DNA from: Paragordius varius
Taxonomy: Eukaryota > Animalia > Nematomorpha
DNA length: 64,000 bases
NCBI GenBank assembly: GCA_964247055.1
Contig: OZ176053.1
Location: forward strand, 8,494,001 to 8,558,000
Direction: 5' to 3'
Each line of letters begins with the position of its first letter. Positions within the stretch are counted from its first letter, which is position 1. The position numbers and the translations under genes were made by a program. The notes beneath the pieces were generated by a model that was not told the DNA's origin, ran no database searches, and saw only the letters and a program-made list of their open reading frames with translations. This document shows positions 1 through 12,250 of the stretch, one piece after another.

Positions 1-654
1 CCAAAAATATGAAAAGTTTGAAAGATGACTTAATTAAGGTATAGATATTTCATAAACAACTATTAAAACTAATAGTCCTCATATTAAGACATTAAAATTC
101 ATTATTTTTGTTGGTGACACTTTTTACATTAATTATCATAATAAAAACCCATTTCATTTCTCTGAGACATAGACCAATTAACATATAAATAAAAAAAGGA
201 GATGTTTTCCCAATTTTTGATATGTTCAAAATATTTTATATTGTCTAACATATAACCTTAAAACAGACAACTTATTTATCTAATAATAATATTAAGATGT
301 GTTATAATTTATTTATATTTTTACGTTTGATTTCATCACCACCAAAAAAAATGTAACCAAATATCTCTAGTAAAAAAGCTGATAACATTCTTCTGTCAGG
401 TTATTTTACACTACTATTTTAAGGTGTTATTAGTAATTATGACACCCTTTTCGCTGTTTTTGGCTTTAAACTAGATAAAACACCCTCATGAATAATTTGT
501 TTTTTGTCTAAAACGGTGAGTTTTATAAAGATATTAAATGTCAAACATTATTTGTTTGACTAGTTATGGGTTACTTTTGATGATAGATGAAAATAAACTC
601 AGGGATATGCGAATGAGCCATTGGGCAGACTCAAATTCGCTCATGTAATTGAGC

Positions 655-826
655 CATTTGAATAAGCCGGCTCAAAATATATCTTATAAAACAATAATTT
701 ATCCCTTTAAAAAAATTTAGCCACAAAGATGACACCTCAAAATTCGAGATGGAAAATAGTTGTGTCATAAAAGATTTAAGATATTTAAGCCCTTCCCTTG
801 AATTTTTTGAGCCGGTTTATTAAATG
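655..826. repeat. Small inverted-repeat (MITE-like) element
   Basis: catttgaataagccggctcaaaa (655-677) is the near-perfect reverse complement of ttttgagccggtttattaaatg (805-826); no ORF between; no clear TSD. Confidence 0.4.
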
Positions 827-2885
827 CCTGGCTGATTATGGCCTTAAAGAGTTTCCAACTCAGATAAATAATTTGTTTTTGCTTTTTATCATGTGGTTAA
901 TACAATGAACTTATGGATATTAAATAATCAATAATTTATTTTATAAATTATTTTAGCACTAAACGTTTGGTTAGTAAAGTTGCATTAAACCAGTCTATCA
1001 ATGTTTAACACCAATTCAAATGTTGATTTAATGGATTAGGGGTAAACGCATCTTTCCGAGTTGAATATGTGTGTCAGTCTTTTCCAACCCGTGACTGCAA
1101 AATTTCATCATTTTTCAGCTTTTATTAAATGCTTCATAGGTACAACTATAAACAGAAAGATTATAATTTCCATATATATTTTTTTTTGCCCATCTTCTGA
1201 TTAAATAACATAAAAGTTATTGTTAAATTGTCTCATTCGACAATGTAAAAATGGGATGAAACATGTCATTTCTATATGGGGTAATATCATGTCCATTGAT
1301 GTAAAATCCATATTCGTATCTATCAACTAAGCACATTCTAATTTTCAAAATAATTAGCATTATGGCAGTCGTGGTCAGGATTGGTATCAATGGTCATGGA
1401 GATCATAAAAAATATATATCTTCTTATCAAAAGTTATCCTATATTTATGTTATTTGGACCTGACAGGTCAAACATTAAAAAAATATAATTTCAGAATACG
1501 ATAATTAAATTTAATTTTTTGATAATTGAAATCTATTAATTATATAAACATATCTTTGTTTAGTCTATCCCATATGCCTTTAGATCTATTATTGAATTAA
1601 ATTTTGGATTTCCATCCACTTTTCCGGTTTATTTATTAGCATTTTCATAAAATTATGGTTTGTTTTTTTAAAAGGAAAAACTCAACTGATTAGACTTTCT
1701 AATGTGTGAACTCATGTTGTATATTCTCTAACAATACAGTCTTAAACCATATCCCTTAGACGTTACAGTTAAAACATCAAATTTGCCCTAAAAATCGCTT
1801 ATAAGATTATGCTTTTAATTTTAATTAAAACTTTAAGGAAAAGTATATCCTCTATGATTGTTGATAATATCAATGATGTTATTATCGTGTTTAAGCAATA
1901 TTTTTAAATACTCGTTTTAAGTTATTTTATACAATTTCTTTGAAACGATTGCCGTTAGTTTTTACCGTGTTCATGATTGATAGTGACTTTCTGATTGGTA
2001 AAGATTTTTATGAATTTACATCAAATTAAGCTCGGTTTGATAGGCGCGCTTTGTTTAGATCTGCTTCGTTTTATTTAACCTTTTTAGCTGATTTCTTTGG
2101 TCCGAGCTGCAGCCTTAAACCGCTATTAGCCACTCTAAAATCAACTTAATGTGTGTCTTTTGGACTCTTTTTTTATCCTTGTAATAAAAGTATATTATAG
2201 GTGCAGACATTAAAGAAGTAATTTTTACACTATTCATTTAGATTATCAAAATATTTGAATTAATTAGGTTTAGTCTTGATTTGATTCGGGTAGTGTTTTT
2301 TAAATCAAAATAGCCAATTTAAAAATTATTAATAGTATAAATAGTTTTAAAAAATGGTAGACAGCTCCTGTTTCAAGCAACAAAAAATTGGTCAAGATAT
2401 ATAAACCTTATACAATTCAATCATTATTTAAAGCTTAAATCATGCCATTTTCATTAAATAATTGGTTAGGTTTAGCAAGATATGATCAATATAATTTCAG
2501 ATAAATACAATTATTATTTATCAACAAAGTAGTTTTTAAAAAATATAATATGCAAAAATTTATTTATTATTAAATTATTGCTTTTTAGAGTAAACACCGG
2601 AAGCTGAAATATATATATTATTGGAGCTTAATCGAAAAATCTGACACCATATCAAAATATTCCTTAAACTGACAACACAAAATGTTGAAGAATATATTTA
2701 TTGGAACTTTTCATAAATTAATTTTTAAATCGAACTTAAAGTGATTCCATTATCTAAAATAATTAAAGAATAATTAACTAAAGATTTATTAAAAGTTTTT
2801 ACTGTCCACAAATCTAAAAATGAAAAATTTTGTCCCCTTTTAAAACAAAATACAAAATCTAAATAATATCCTACCACGATAATTA

Positions 2886-3750
2886 TTATCGTATTTCACT
2901 TGACCCGTAGACATAAAATATAAAAAGAAATATCTTAGCCAGGGCACCAATTATTTTTGCCATTATTTTTTCATGAAAATGATAATTATCATATATCGGA
3001 ATAAATATTTTTATATCTGTAGAATAACCAAAATGGTAAAATAATATGTTTTTAGCTTTAGGGTATATATATATATATATATTATATGTTTTATATTCAA
3101 ACAGGTTAGATAATTTGTTTTCGCTTGCGTCTTTATTGGTGATAATAAAGCAAAAAAAGGAACAGACAAAAAATTGAGACAAACTATTTCAGACAACAAC
3201 CATAAGTTACTGGAGACATTTAACGTGATTATTTCATGTTTTAAAAGTCCCATAAATCTTCTCGAATTATGTAGGAAAGTGCGACCATATAGCATTATTA
3301 AAAAAAGTAATAAAAATCTGCAAAAATATTGCCCAATTATTTTGTAAGTTTAAGATAGTTTTGAAACTATATGGTGTTAACTGCTGTTAAAGTATAAATC
3401 AAAAAGAAATTCGGTACAAAAAAAACAATAATATACCTAGCGATTTCGCTTTAATTGTATATTTTATGGCCCCTTAAAAATATTTTTTAAAATCAAAAAA
3501 TTTGGCATCCCAAACTTCTTTACGTTATGTTTTGCGTCAAATATATTAGCGTAATTTATGTTTTTAATTGGTGGATATTTGAATGGAGGATAACAAAAAC
3601 TAAATATGAGAAAACTCTAACATAAAGTTTGTAACACACATCCGCTTTTAAAGTGCTGCTGAAGATAGTAAGCAAAGTTATTAGCTATCAATATATTAAT
3701 GAGACATATAATTTTGGGATTATAGCCCTGATTATGATGTTCAAATAGCG
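2886..3750 (-). CDS. Putative multi-exon hydrophobic (multi-pass membrane?) protein, family unknown
   Basis: Open frame QLTPYSFKTILNLQNNWAIFLQIFITFLIMLYGRTF...KTNYLT (~3393-3105) can be joined through a gtttga...ccctaaag intron containing (AT)n to SKNILFYHFGYS...IIGALAKIFLFIFYVYGSSEIR* (stop at 2886); further open stretches at 3520-3750; exon structure not fully resolved. Confidence 0.4.
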
Positions 3751-4199
3751 TTTAAAAAAACTTATTTCCATTATATCATATTAATATACATAATAAAATC
3801 CATTTACTCAACAAAGACGTAAAAATCACCATTAGATAAATAATTATAATGAAATATCAAACCAGACATCTAGCTAATATTGATATTTTAAATATGTATT
3901 TAAAATACATATTACAATATATGTTGTCGCCTAAATTTATAAATGTGATAAATCAGGGTTCAAACATCAATAAACTAATGTATCAGTATTTTTTAGATTA
4001 AATTTGTGGCAACACATAAGGATAATTAGGGAGTTAATAATTGTTGTCAAATTTAGAACATTCATAGTATCTTCAATATCTCATACGACAATCAAAATCG
4101 CTTATTGTCTATAAATTTTGAGATAAAATATAGTTTTTTTATCGAATTTTTTTAAAATTATAAAAAAATATATAAATAATTTACAATTTATTAAAGACC

Positions 4200-6126
4200 T
4201 TAATTCAAACCTAATAAATGAGTATTTACGTTTTGTAAAATTAAGGATAACAGAGATTTTAATTCCAAGTATGCGATGTAAAAATTATTTGAGTTTGTGT
4301 TGCTACTGAGAGAATTCACGCATTCCGGTAAAAGATACTGATAAGATACGAAATAATGGATAACGTAGACTCGAACAAAGCTGATGGTTTTGCATAATTC
4401 TTTGGCTGCAATATCAGAGTTTTTCTCACTTTTATCAACATACAATCTAAATTAACAAATAAACATATTTTATAACAAATTATAAATAAGGATTTTATTG
4501 AGATAAAAAGTCAAACTTTTCACAATTCATATGCTTTTTAATGATCCAATCTGTGGCATTTAAAATCCGAGCCCAATTGGTACAAATTTGATGAATGTAT
4601 TGCATCAAGGCATATTTTGTATGCACCAATGTTTTTTCATTACCTTTATTGGTTGTTGAAACGCTGGATTTCATATTTTTATTCCCGTCATCCATACTGC
4701 TGCTATTTATAGTAGATCCTAATATATTAGTTTCACTGAGCGTAGACTCTTGAAAATTATCAGGGATAATGGTTAAAGCTTCAGTGGCCGTTTCTATAGC
4801 AATCATATCCATTTGCCAAATCGATTGTGTTGATGGGTCCTAAAAGCAAACTTATATTTAATATTATGTTTTTCACAATAGTATAATGTATTATGTCCAT
4901 TAATAATATCAATCAACTCAATATTCTGATTTTTAACAGTTAAAATCCGGCTTTTTATAGGTAAATAATTTTTAACGGCGAGTTTAATTGGTTAAAGGGC
5001 ATTTGGCCAAAGATTAACTTTATTAGCATATGTAAATATTAAGGATACAAATATCAAATCAAATACAGTATAATTTTCAAAATACAATTCTGATTTAAAA
5101 TATCAGTATTTTAATTTTTAAATAATGAAAAGATATCATACTTTTTGACCGATCAAAAGTTAAAACCAATTACACTTATATTTAAAAAATTTAATCTCAT
5201 ATGTACAAAAACTCAGATAACATGCATTTCGGTTCTAAGGATTTAAATGTAATTTGCATTAACAATGCAAATCATGATTTTATTAGTACATCGAAAGCAA
5301 CATTAAAATACCGAATGATCGTAATTAATTTAATAAAACTAAGAAACTTGGCCTGACCTGAACCAAAATTATAAATCCCAATTAAAAAGAATAAAAAATA
5401 AAGGTTAATTTACAAAAAATCTGAAAACAGTTTGATTTCGAACCCAAATATAAAAGTAAACATAATTATGCAAAATATGTGCTTAATATGTAAAATTATC
5501 AATATATATAGATACCCAAAACTCATAATAAATGGGGATACCTTGCTTAAATCCGTCAAATTTTCTAAAATTAAACAATTAAATACCTTTTAATTTTTCA
5601 GTTAAAACTTTAATAGGAAATAGATCCTCAATAATTAACATAACGGTAAGTTTTTTGTGAAATAATTTATTGTACATCTCTTTTAAAATAAAATTATTTT
5701 GTTCAATTTCGGTTGCAGTTTTAACAGCATAAATGGATAATTCGGATTCGCGCTTCACGTTTTCAAGTTTAATATCCGCAATTTTATTAATAAATTTTTC
5801 ATAATTATCATGTAATGTTTGGACCAGCAAATACTTATTAGACTTTTCTTTCACCAGCTATATTTATGAAAACAAATACATCGAAAATTGCGTTTCGCAT
5901 GCTTTGTACTGGCACCCCCGTAACCAATCTTTCTGATACATCATGTAATTCTTGTTTGCTTTTATATATATTATATAAAAGACCCGAACTTTATGTTACG
6001 ATAATAAAACCTAGCTGGAGACACAATTAAATATTCGTTTTTGATGCAAACCTCGCACAAAAATTCCGATGATTTTTTACGGCAAAGAGGGCAAGTTGTT
6101 TGGGGTGCAGTTAACCCATAACTCAT
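4200..6126 (-). CDS. ATG14: ATG14/Barkor-like autophagy PI3K-complex subunit (multi-exon)
   Basis: ATG at 6126: MSYGLTAPQTTCPLCRKKSSEFLCEVCIKNEY resembles the ATG14 N-terminal CxxC..CxxC motif (human CPLCNTTRRRLTCAKCVQ). A coiled coil follows, then LIIEDLFPIKVL (cf. LTSVIFPIEEV) and ALMQYIHQICTNWARILNA..IKKHMNCEK (cf. [29 protein letters not shown]). Introns: two of 22 nt (5858-5879, 5565-5586) and 702 nt (4840-5541); first and ~4.45-4.52 kb introns ambiguous; a possible extra terminal exon ends at 3804. Confidence 0.65.
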
Positions 6127-7099
6127 ATGATATTTGACAATTTATGATTATCATTTGCTATAAATTTTATAATCTACAATTCATTTTTTTCCAAATTTTA
6201 TATAAATAAAATATTTTAGAAGATTATAAAACCTCAAAATAATTATGAAATTTTGCCAATAAGATTCTACATTGGATCAGAAAATATATTTTGTTTAATA
6301 AAATTTGGTTTCACAAAAAATAATCCTAAATACCAAAGATGTTTGTATTAAAATTTTGAGATGATATTGAATATAGTTGGCTTTTAATTAGTTTTTTAAT
6401 TAATACCGTTTACTAGGTTAATTAAAAAGTGTTCATTAAAATTATAATAATAAATATTTTAACCAAGGAGGCATTTTTAAAAAAATATTATAATACACCA
6501 TATGAATTAAATTTTTACCACAAAATTTCAGAATACATTTAAAACAAATAACTCATTTTCGAAAGCACCATGAGATTTTGGACCCATATCCAAAAATAAA
6601 AATTTGTAAAAAATGTAAAATTCTAAAAAAACCCTCATCTCAAACTTTTTTCCCCCAAATGTTAACTCGAGCATGAAGAAGGCAAATAAATGTATATAAT
6701 GATTTGAAAATGTAAACATTTATATTAAAATGTTTTTAGGCTACATTTACCAGTTAAAACCTGATATATTTAGATATAAATATCAGCTGTTTGTTTTGAT
6801 TGTGTTTTGTTGGCAATTTTAGACTCTGGAAGTCACAAAACTGCAAGAAATATATGCTCTTCTATCTAAATTTTAATTAAAATAACTTTCAAAACTGTAG
6901 TTTATTTACAAATAGGTCAGAGTACAAAACTATCCCAATATGTAAACTAGGACAAAAAAGTGAAAAGGTGAAGCGTTAAATGAATATAAATGGAAATTTC
7001 GGAATAAGCCTTTAGACCACCAAAAAAAGTTATTTATTAATTTCGAAATTTTGCCATTTTCTTATATGGAGCAGTCACCAAAAAAGTGGTAATAAACTT

Positions 7100-7345
7100 A
7101 TACACGTAAGATACAAAACCAAAAGCACCATAAGAATACTGATGTGTTAAGTATATCATCAGGATTTTTATGTATCAAACGATTTTGTGTCCACTGTACA
7201 TTGGTAAGTGGAAATCAACGAATTCAAGCTTGCAGCGAAATGAATTTTGCACATGTTTACATTTGGACACCACCTATTCTTTTCAGTCCTCCGATTCAAA
7301 TTGGAGTCTTTGGGGACCCAAGGTCTGTTTAAATCAAATATTTTT
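7100..7345 (-). pseudogene. Degenerate mariner-type transposase fragment
   Basis: Minus frame LNRPWVPKDSNLNRRTEKNRWC...CTVDTKSFDT*NPD resembles the mariner WVPHEL...TGDEKW..Y.P region; stops and frameshifts present. Confidence 0.4.
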
Positions 7346-7795
7346 AAAAATATGAACAACTAAAACCATGCACAAGTTTACATTTATATAACATTGATGC
7401 AATCAAATATAAAAAAAATTTGCTTAAAAGGACTTGATATTACTTATTTTATGGGTAAGCCTCAAGGTAAAAATTTATTAACATGACATGATTAGTTAAA
7501 TATAAAAAGAATGCAAAATAAACCACTTTTTCTGGTTATATCAATGTTAGATGTGATTCAATAAAAAATTAACTTTAATTATAGCATAAGATAAAAAAAA
7601 CACCACATTTTAAATATTGAAAATAAAAATGACGTCGAAGTAGTTTGATATGGAACTTTTTTTCAAGACTAAATTTTATTTAAATATTTTAGCTTCTTTC
7701 TGTAATATTTATCAGATTAAATGCATTAAAATAACTCTTATTTTCGGTAGTTTTTTCAAAAATATCATCTTAATATAGTGTGCAGTCAATATTAA

Positions 7796-8018
7796 CCCTA
7801 ATTTCGAAATGTTAATATAATCTCTATCAATCTATAATACGAAAAAATTATTATATAAAAAATTAACTTGTTCTTAATTATAGTCGTTGGTTATAAATGC
7901 ATTTGAATAAAACTCTAAAGTAAACGAACGCAAAAGGCAAATCGGATATCCACCTAGTTTCTCTATAATTACATGCTCAAATAAATTCCAAACAAATTTA
8001 TTACTTTTCCAATAAGGG
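7796..8018. mobile_element. piggyBac-like MITE
   Basis: TTAA|CCCT (7792-7799) ... AGGG|TTAA (8015-8022); the right TTAA is followed immediately by another CCCTTT start. Confidence 0.35.
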
Positions 8019-8612
8019 TTAACCCTTTGTGCTATGAAAATACTGCGCACAAAAACAAATTTAAAAATTATCTGACCATTTTCATTTATTTTTTTGACCT
8101 ATAAATTTGATAAAATCGGTCTTAAAATATATTATTTACATCCTAAATATATATGAATACATTTATTTATATTATAATTAGAAATTTAATTATTTAGTTA
8201 CATAAATATGATTACCTTGCGATTAATGGGCACATTTTTTCAAACCATATGAGAAAGGTAGCGCTTTAAAAAGAACAAGATTACAGATATGTTGACATGA
8301 AGAGCGAAGACGCATTTATTAGAGATTTAATTTTATCTGAAAATTTATCCCTAAAAGCTCATTATAAAATTAATAGAGAATGTTTTCTTAAATTTAACAG
8401 TCATAAAACTACTACTAAGTTTTTATCAATCAAAGATTGCTACTCACCGAAAATATAATCAAAATCATAAGCCGCATGAATAAATTTTGGTGTAATTTCC
8501 TAATAGATATCATAATCTTATTTGCATCATTATATTTTTGTCATCTTCTCGATATCAATCAGATCCTTCATATCCAATATTTAATTTAAAAAAAAATTGT
8601 TATATTCTAAAG

Positions 8613-8889
8613 CAGGGATTTAACCAAACAGTTTCGTGGACCGCATTTTTTGGTCAAAATCAGGCAGGCCGCATAATAAATATATATGTGCAAAAGCATA
8701 AAACTGTCGAAAAGTTTTACCGATCTCGCTAATTTGTTGCCATCGGAAAGACTTATTCATAAATTGTGTTGAAGAAATATTAATTTTTTTATTTTGTTAG
8801 CTTATTTTCGTACTTATCTCTTTAGTAATTTTCCAAAATTTTCGCGGGCTGCACAAAATATCTCGGGGACCGCGTATTGGACACCCCTG
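8613..8889. mobile_element. hAT (Charlie-type) MITE
   Basis: Begins CAGGGATTTAACCAAAC, ends TTGGACACCCCTG; internal ggccgca/gggctgca motifs; flanks ttctaaag / ttataaat (6/8 match, degenerate 8-bp TSD). Confidence 0.55.
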
Positions 8890-9240
8890 TTATAAATCTT
8901 ATATATATTTCTACTTGCTTTTCTAATAAAAGTATTATGAATTCTTGTTTTTAATCAAAATAAACAGATAGTAATCAATAAAATTGAAAATAAGGCAAGT
9001 AAACTGTCGAAATTCGTTCAAAACCAATATTATACTAAATATTTCTGGGTTTTTCACCGGTTCCGTTTTTTAACTTTAACAACAAATTCCATTGCCGTTT
9101 GAACCCCTTGATCACAATAGCATTTTGAACTATATATTTGATATAAAATCGACATAAGCATATTAATTTCTGAAAATTGTTTTATTTTGGATGAAGAATA
9201 AATATAAATAGAATAAAATCCAAGTTATATGGATTCTGTT

Positions 9241-9717
9241 TCATTCGAAGCTTTTTGCCATTTTTTGGACAAAACTTGTTTTTGCTTTATTAGGAAAAGA
9301 TTTGGATGATGGAGGTACAAGATCGATATTACATTTATTACTACGTGACCACTGAAAATCGGTTATGTTTTGTCCAATATGTTTTGCATATTTCTCCTGT
9401 TGCCGTTTAAGTAAAGCTAATTGGTGTTCATTTTTATCAAAAAAATGTTTACCAAGCTTGTTATTTAACTCAATTTCTTTAGTGATTTGGGACGGTTTAA
9501 GAACAGAGTGTGTGCATTTAAACTGGATCTTTTCTTCTTTTTCCAAATCTTTTGGTGGCGCCCAGGGGTTGTGAATACCTGTAAAAGGGGGCCCTCCACC
9601 TGTAACTGCAGGCCCTATAGGAATTTTATCTTGATACTCATTAGCTAAATCATGTACTAAAGTTCTACTTTTCTTAGGGTTGTTATTAATGCTTTCTGAT
9701 TTGGGTAAAATGTCCAT
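9241..9717 (-). CDS. Single-exon hypothetical protein (158 aa)
   Basis: Clean ATG-to-TGA ORF, GC-elevated relative to flanks, coding-like composition (IPIGPAVTGGGPPFTGIHNPWAPP...); no family recognised. Confidence 0.6.
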   Translation of the reverse strand: MDILPKSESINNNPKKSRTLVHDLANEYQDKIPIGPAVTGGGPPFTGIHNPWAPPKDLEKEEKIQFKCTHSVLKPSQITKEIELNNKLGKHFFDKNEHQLALLKRQQEKYAKHIGQNITDFQWSRSNKCNIDLVPPSSKSFPNKAKTSFVQKMAKSFE

Positions 9718-10279
9718 TTAAACGATTACATTGTTTGACATTAATATAATAATTATGTGGTAAAGGTAATCAGTGAAAGTATTAAAGCTTTAATTGTGTT
9801 TAATCATTACATCATCACAATTTAATTATTGTTGTAAGTCGCTAAATCAATAATCATAAAAAACACTATTATATATTATCATGTGGTATTTCTCCTAAAT
9901 GATAGTTTAAAAAATAATGCAAAAAAATAGATTAATTTATGTGTTAATGCGTGTCTCGAAAACTCGAATGATTTTTGTATTTAAGCTATATGAAAACATT
10001 TATTTCGTTAATTTTCTGATATAATCTAAATAGCCGGGCGACATCAATATGTCATTACTAATTTTGCTCGTTGTCTTAGATCAAATTTTTAAATATTTGA
10101 TGTTAATGTTATTAGCTCATATGTAAAATTCGTATTGCCCAATCTCGGCTTCATTGCGTTTAATATAAAGTGTTTTCATAAATATTTAGCGGTTTTTTGT
10201 AAAAGTGTGACATTAAGGGGAAATCAATTATTTATATTTGAAATATTGTGCATCGGCTTCTAAACATCTCTTCTTTTTC

Positions 10280-10985
10280 TCAGATAAATATATATATCTC
10301 GTGCAAAAAAACTGATTTTTATTGCGGAATTCGTCAAGCCATTTTTTACATGTTCAAAATTATGAAAGGAGGGTGCGTTCCACTCATGCGGAGTTTGATT
10401 AGTCAGATGGCGCCAGGTAAGGAGAGTTCAACGGATGCTAAATTTCTCAAGTGATTTTAACGTGTATTTCACAGATTTTGCGGTACGATATGAAGCATTG
10501 CCATGAGGCAAAATCACTCCATGTCTTCTCGCCAATTCCAGTCGTTTTTTGATACTAATGAATGCTTCTGTGTTTTAACGGTTTCAAAAGTTCATAATAC
10601 ACAATAATGTTCTGGTCCCACAAGACACAGGGCAAGGTCTTTTTTCCGAAGCCATTTGGCATTGGAGAGACATGCTTGAGAAGGTGTAGCGTATGTTTCA
10701 GCCAGCAACGATAACTTTCAACAACCTTGTTCTATTGCTGGCAATGGGTGCGGCAAATGTGCTTTCTCAGGTACAAAATTGTGATAACTGAATGATAAAA
10801 ATACGACGCTAGTTCTTGATGAATTCGAATTGTTGGTATTTATCATTAAATGTTAGATGAGTAAAATGGGGTTACAAATTATTGGTCTGCATAATTTTTG
10901 CTCCGTCTTCTTATAGTTAAGCTGGTTAATGACTACACTTGATGTGGTTTTTTGATACAATTTGGCGTTGTTTATCAATCAAATA
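10280..10985 (-). pseudogene. Decayed Mos1-like mariner transposase
   Basis: Minus-strand peptides PNGFGKKTLPCVLWDQNIIVYYELLKP (Mos1 PNRFGKKTMLCVWWDQSGVIYYELLKP), KRLELARRHGVILPHGNASYRTAKSVKYTLKSLE (HDNAP..TAR region), YLAPSD*, KKWLDEF; multiple stops and frameshifts. Confidence 0.85.
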
Positions 10986-11384
10986 TATTTCTAATCAAAG
11001 GATGTACAAAAAATTTGTATCGGGATTGAATTAAATTTTTGTAATAATAGTTGATTATGGCTTTTAATAAAGATCTCAAACTTCACTGGCTTATAAAGTT
11101 TTTGGCTAACCCGGATTATTTTATAATTTATTAAATAAAGCCAATTTTAACTGTTAGTATAATTTATTTATGTAAGTGTGATAAAACTTCATCCTGAATC
11201 TTCAAATTAAATTTTTTTTAGTATTTGCATGTAAAACCCGAAATTGCGCTATATATTTACCTTCCTACCAATTAATGCGCAATAGTGATTTCTTTATGAA
11301 AAATGGAGAAATATTTCTATGAGTATTATTAAGATAGTGCAAATATGCTAATTGAAAAACTATTATTCTTATGCCCACAATGAT

Positions 11385-11462
11385 ATATTTGAGTTATACT
11401 CACCAAAAACCTTTGACAGTCAGAATAAAATATTTTGTTGTCTCAAGGGTTATAGAACATAT
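11385..11462. repeat. Dispersed repeat (family E)
   Basis: gagttata.tcaccaaa...ttgaca...gaataaaat..ttt.ttgtctcaaggg shared with 28934-29000 (+) and in part with 12712-12742 (-). Confidence 0.45.
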
Positions 11463-11489
11463 GATACCGAATTACATAGCTGCTTGCAT

Positions 11490-11920
11490 GGTATAAATTA
11501 GCACGTTTTGCGGGTTTATTATAAATTTTACAAAAAGGCCTTTTGTGCTATTTAGTCTCAAGTAGTAATTTAAATGAAAAATATAGAATATTTTATTCAT
11601 ATATATTTTATATATTAATGACACTATGTAAGTCAATATAATCCACCGTTTGTAATTATTCATGTCTTCGGCAAACTTCTTGCTCCATTTTATAAATAAT
11701 AATGTTTCCTCCAGGAAAATACTGTTTTTCCTATGGAAATTAATGCATATTTAAGTTGCTTTAGAGAACAAGATCTATATTTACCTTAATCATGAAAGAT
11801 TAATCATCCGTACAGATAGAGATCATTTAATAAAAGCACAATTAAAAGGGGTTTCATGTCGAGATACATTTCCTTTTGTGATATTGTTCATCGGTAAAAA
11901 ATTTGTATATTCCTTATGAG
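11490..11920 (+). pseudogene. Possible Ty3/Gypsy RT-RNase H relic
   Basis: Plus frame ALENKIYIYLNHERLIIRTDRDHLI loosely resembles Gypsy RNase H ALKKFRHYLYGRKFIIRTDHKPL; very degenerate. Confidence 0.25.
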
Positions 11921-11971
11921 TTATGTTGCTATCGTAATCTCATGCACATGGTGGTGGGAATGGATATGATA

Positions 11972-12250
11972 TACCATTAAAAATTCAATTCACCCTCGAG
12001 TAATTCAAATTCACCCTACAATAAAATTATGGTTTTCGGGCTACTCATTATTAATATGAAATATATCTTTGCTAAGTTTATTATTTTTTCAGTATTATTT
12101 TAATTACACACAAAATTTCAATTTTTTAAATATATAAAAAATATAAGTAATATTTAATCTTAAAAAGCACATAATTTATTTTAGGATGAATTCGAATTGT
12201 TTGAGGGTGAATCTGAATTGTTCAAGGGTGAATTTGAAGTGTAAGTGGTA
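11972..12250. mobile_element. MITE family B, copy 1 (TA-flanked, 21-bp subterminal repeats)
   Basis: TA|TACCATT ... AGTGGTA|TA ends; tandem caattcaaattcaccctcgaa-like units at the left end, inverted at the right end; homologous to 35146-35462 and 51030-51292. Confidence 0.75.

Noticed and set aside
1880-2140. Alternative genetic code (TAA/TAG = Gln) suggested by in-frame TAAs in a protein-like frame
   Set aside because: Long exons (15848-16989, dystroglycan, sushi) are free of TAA/TAG and use CAA/CAG for Gln, and recognisable proteins end at TAA/TAG; decay explains the stops better
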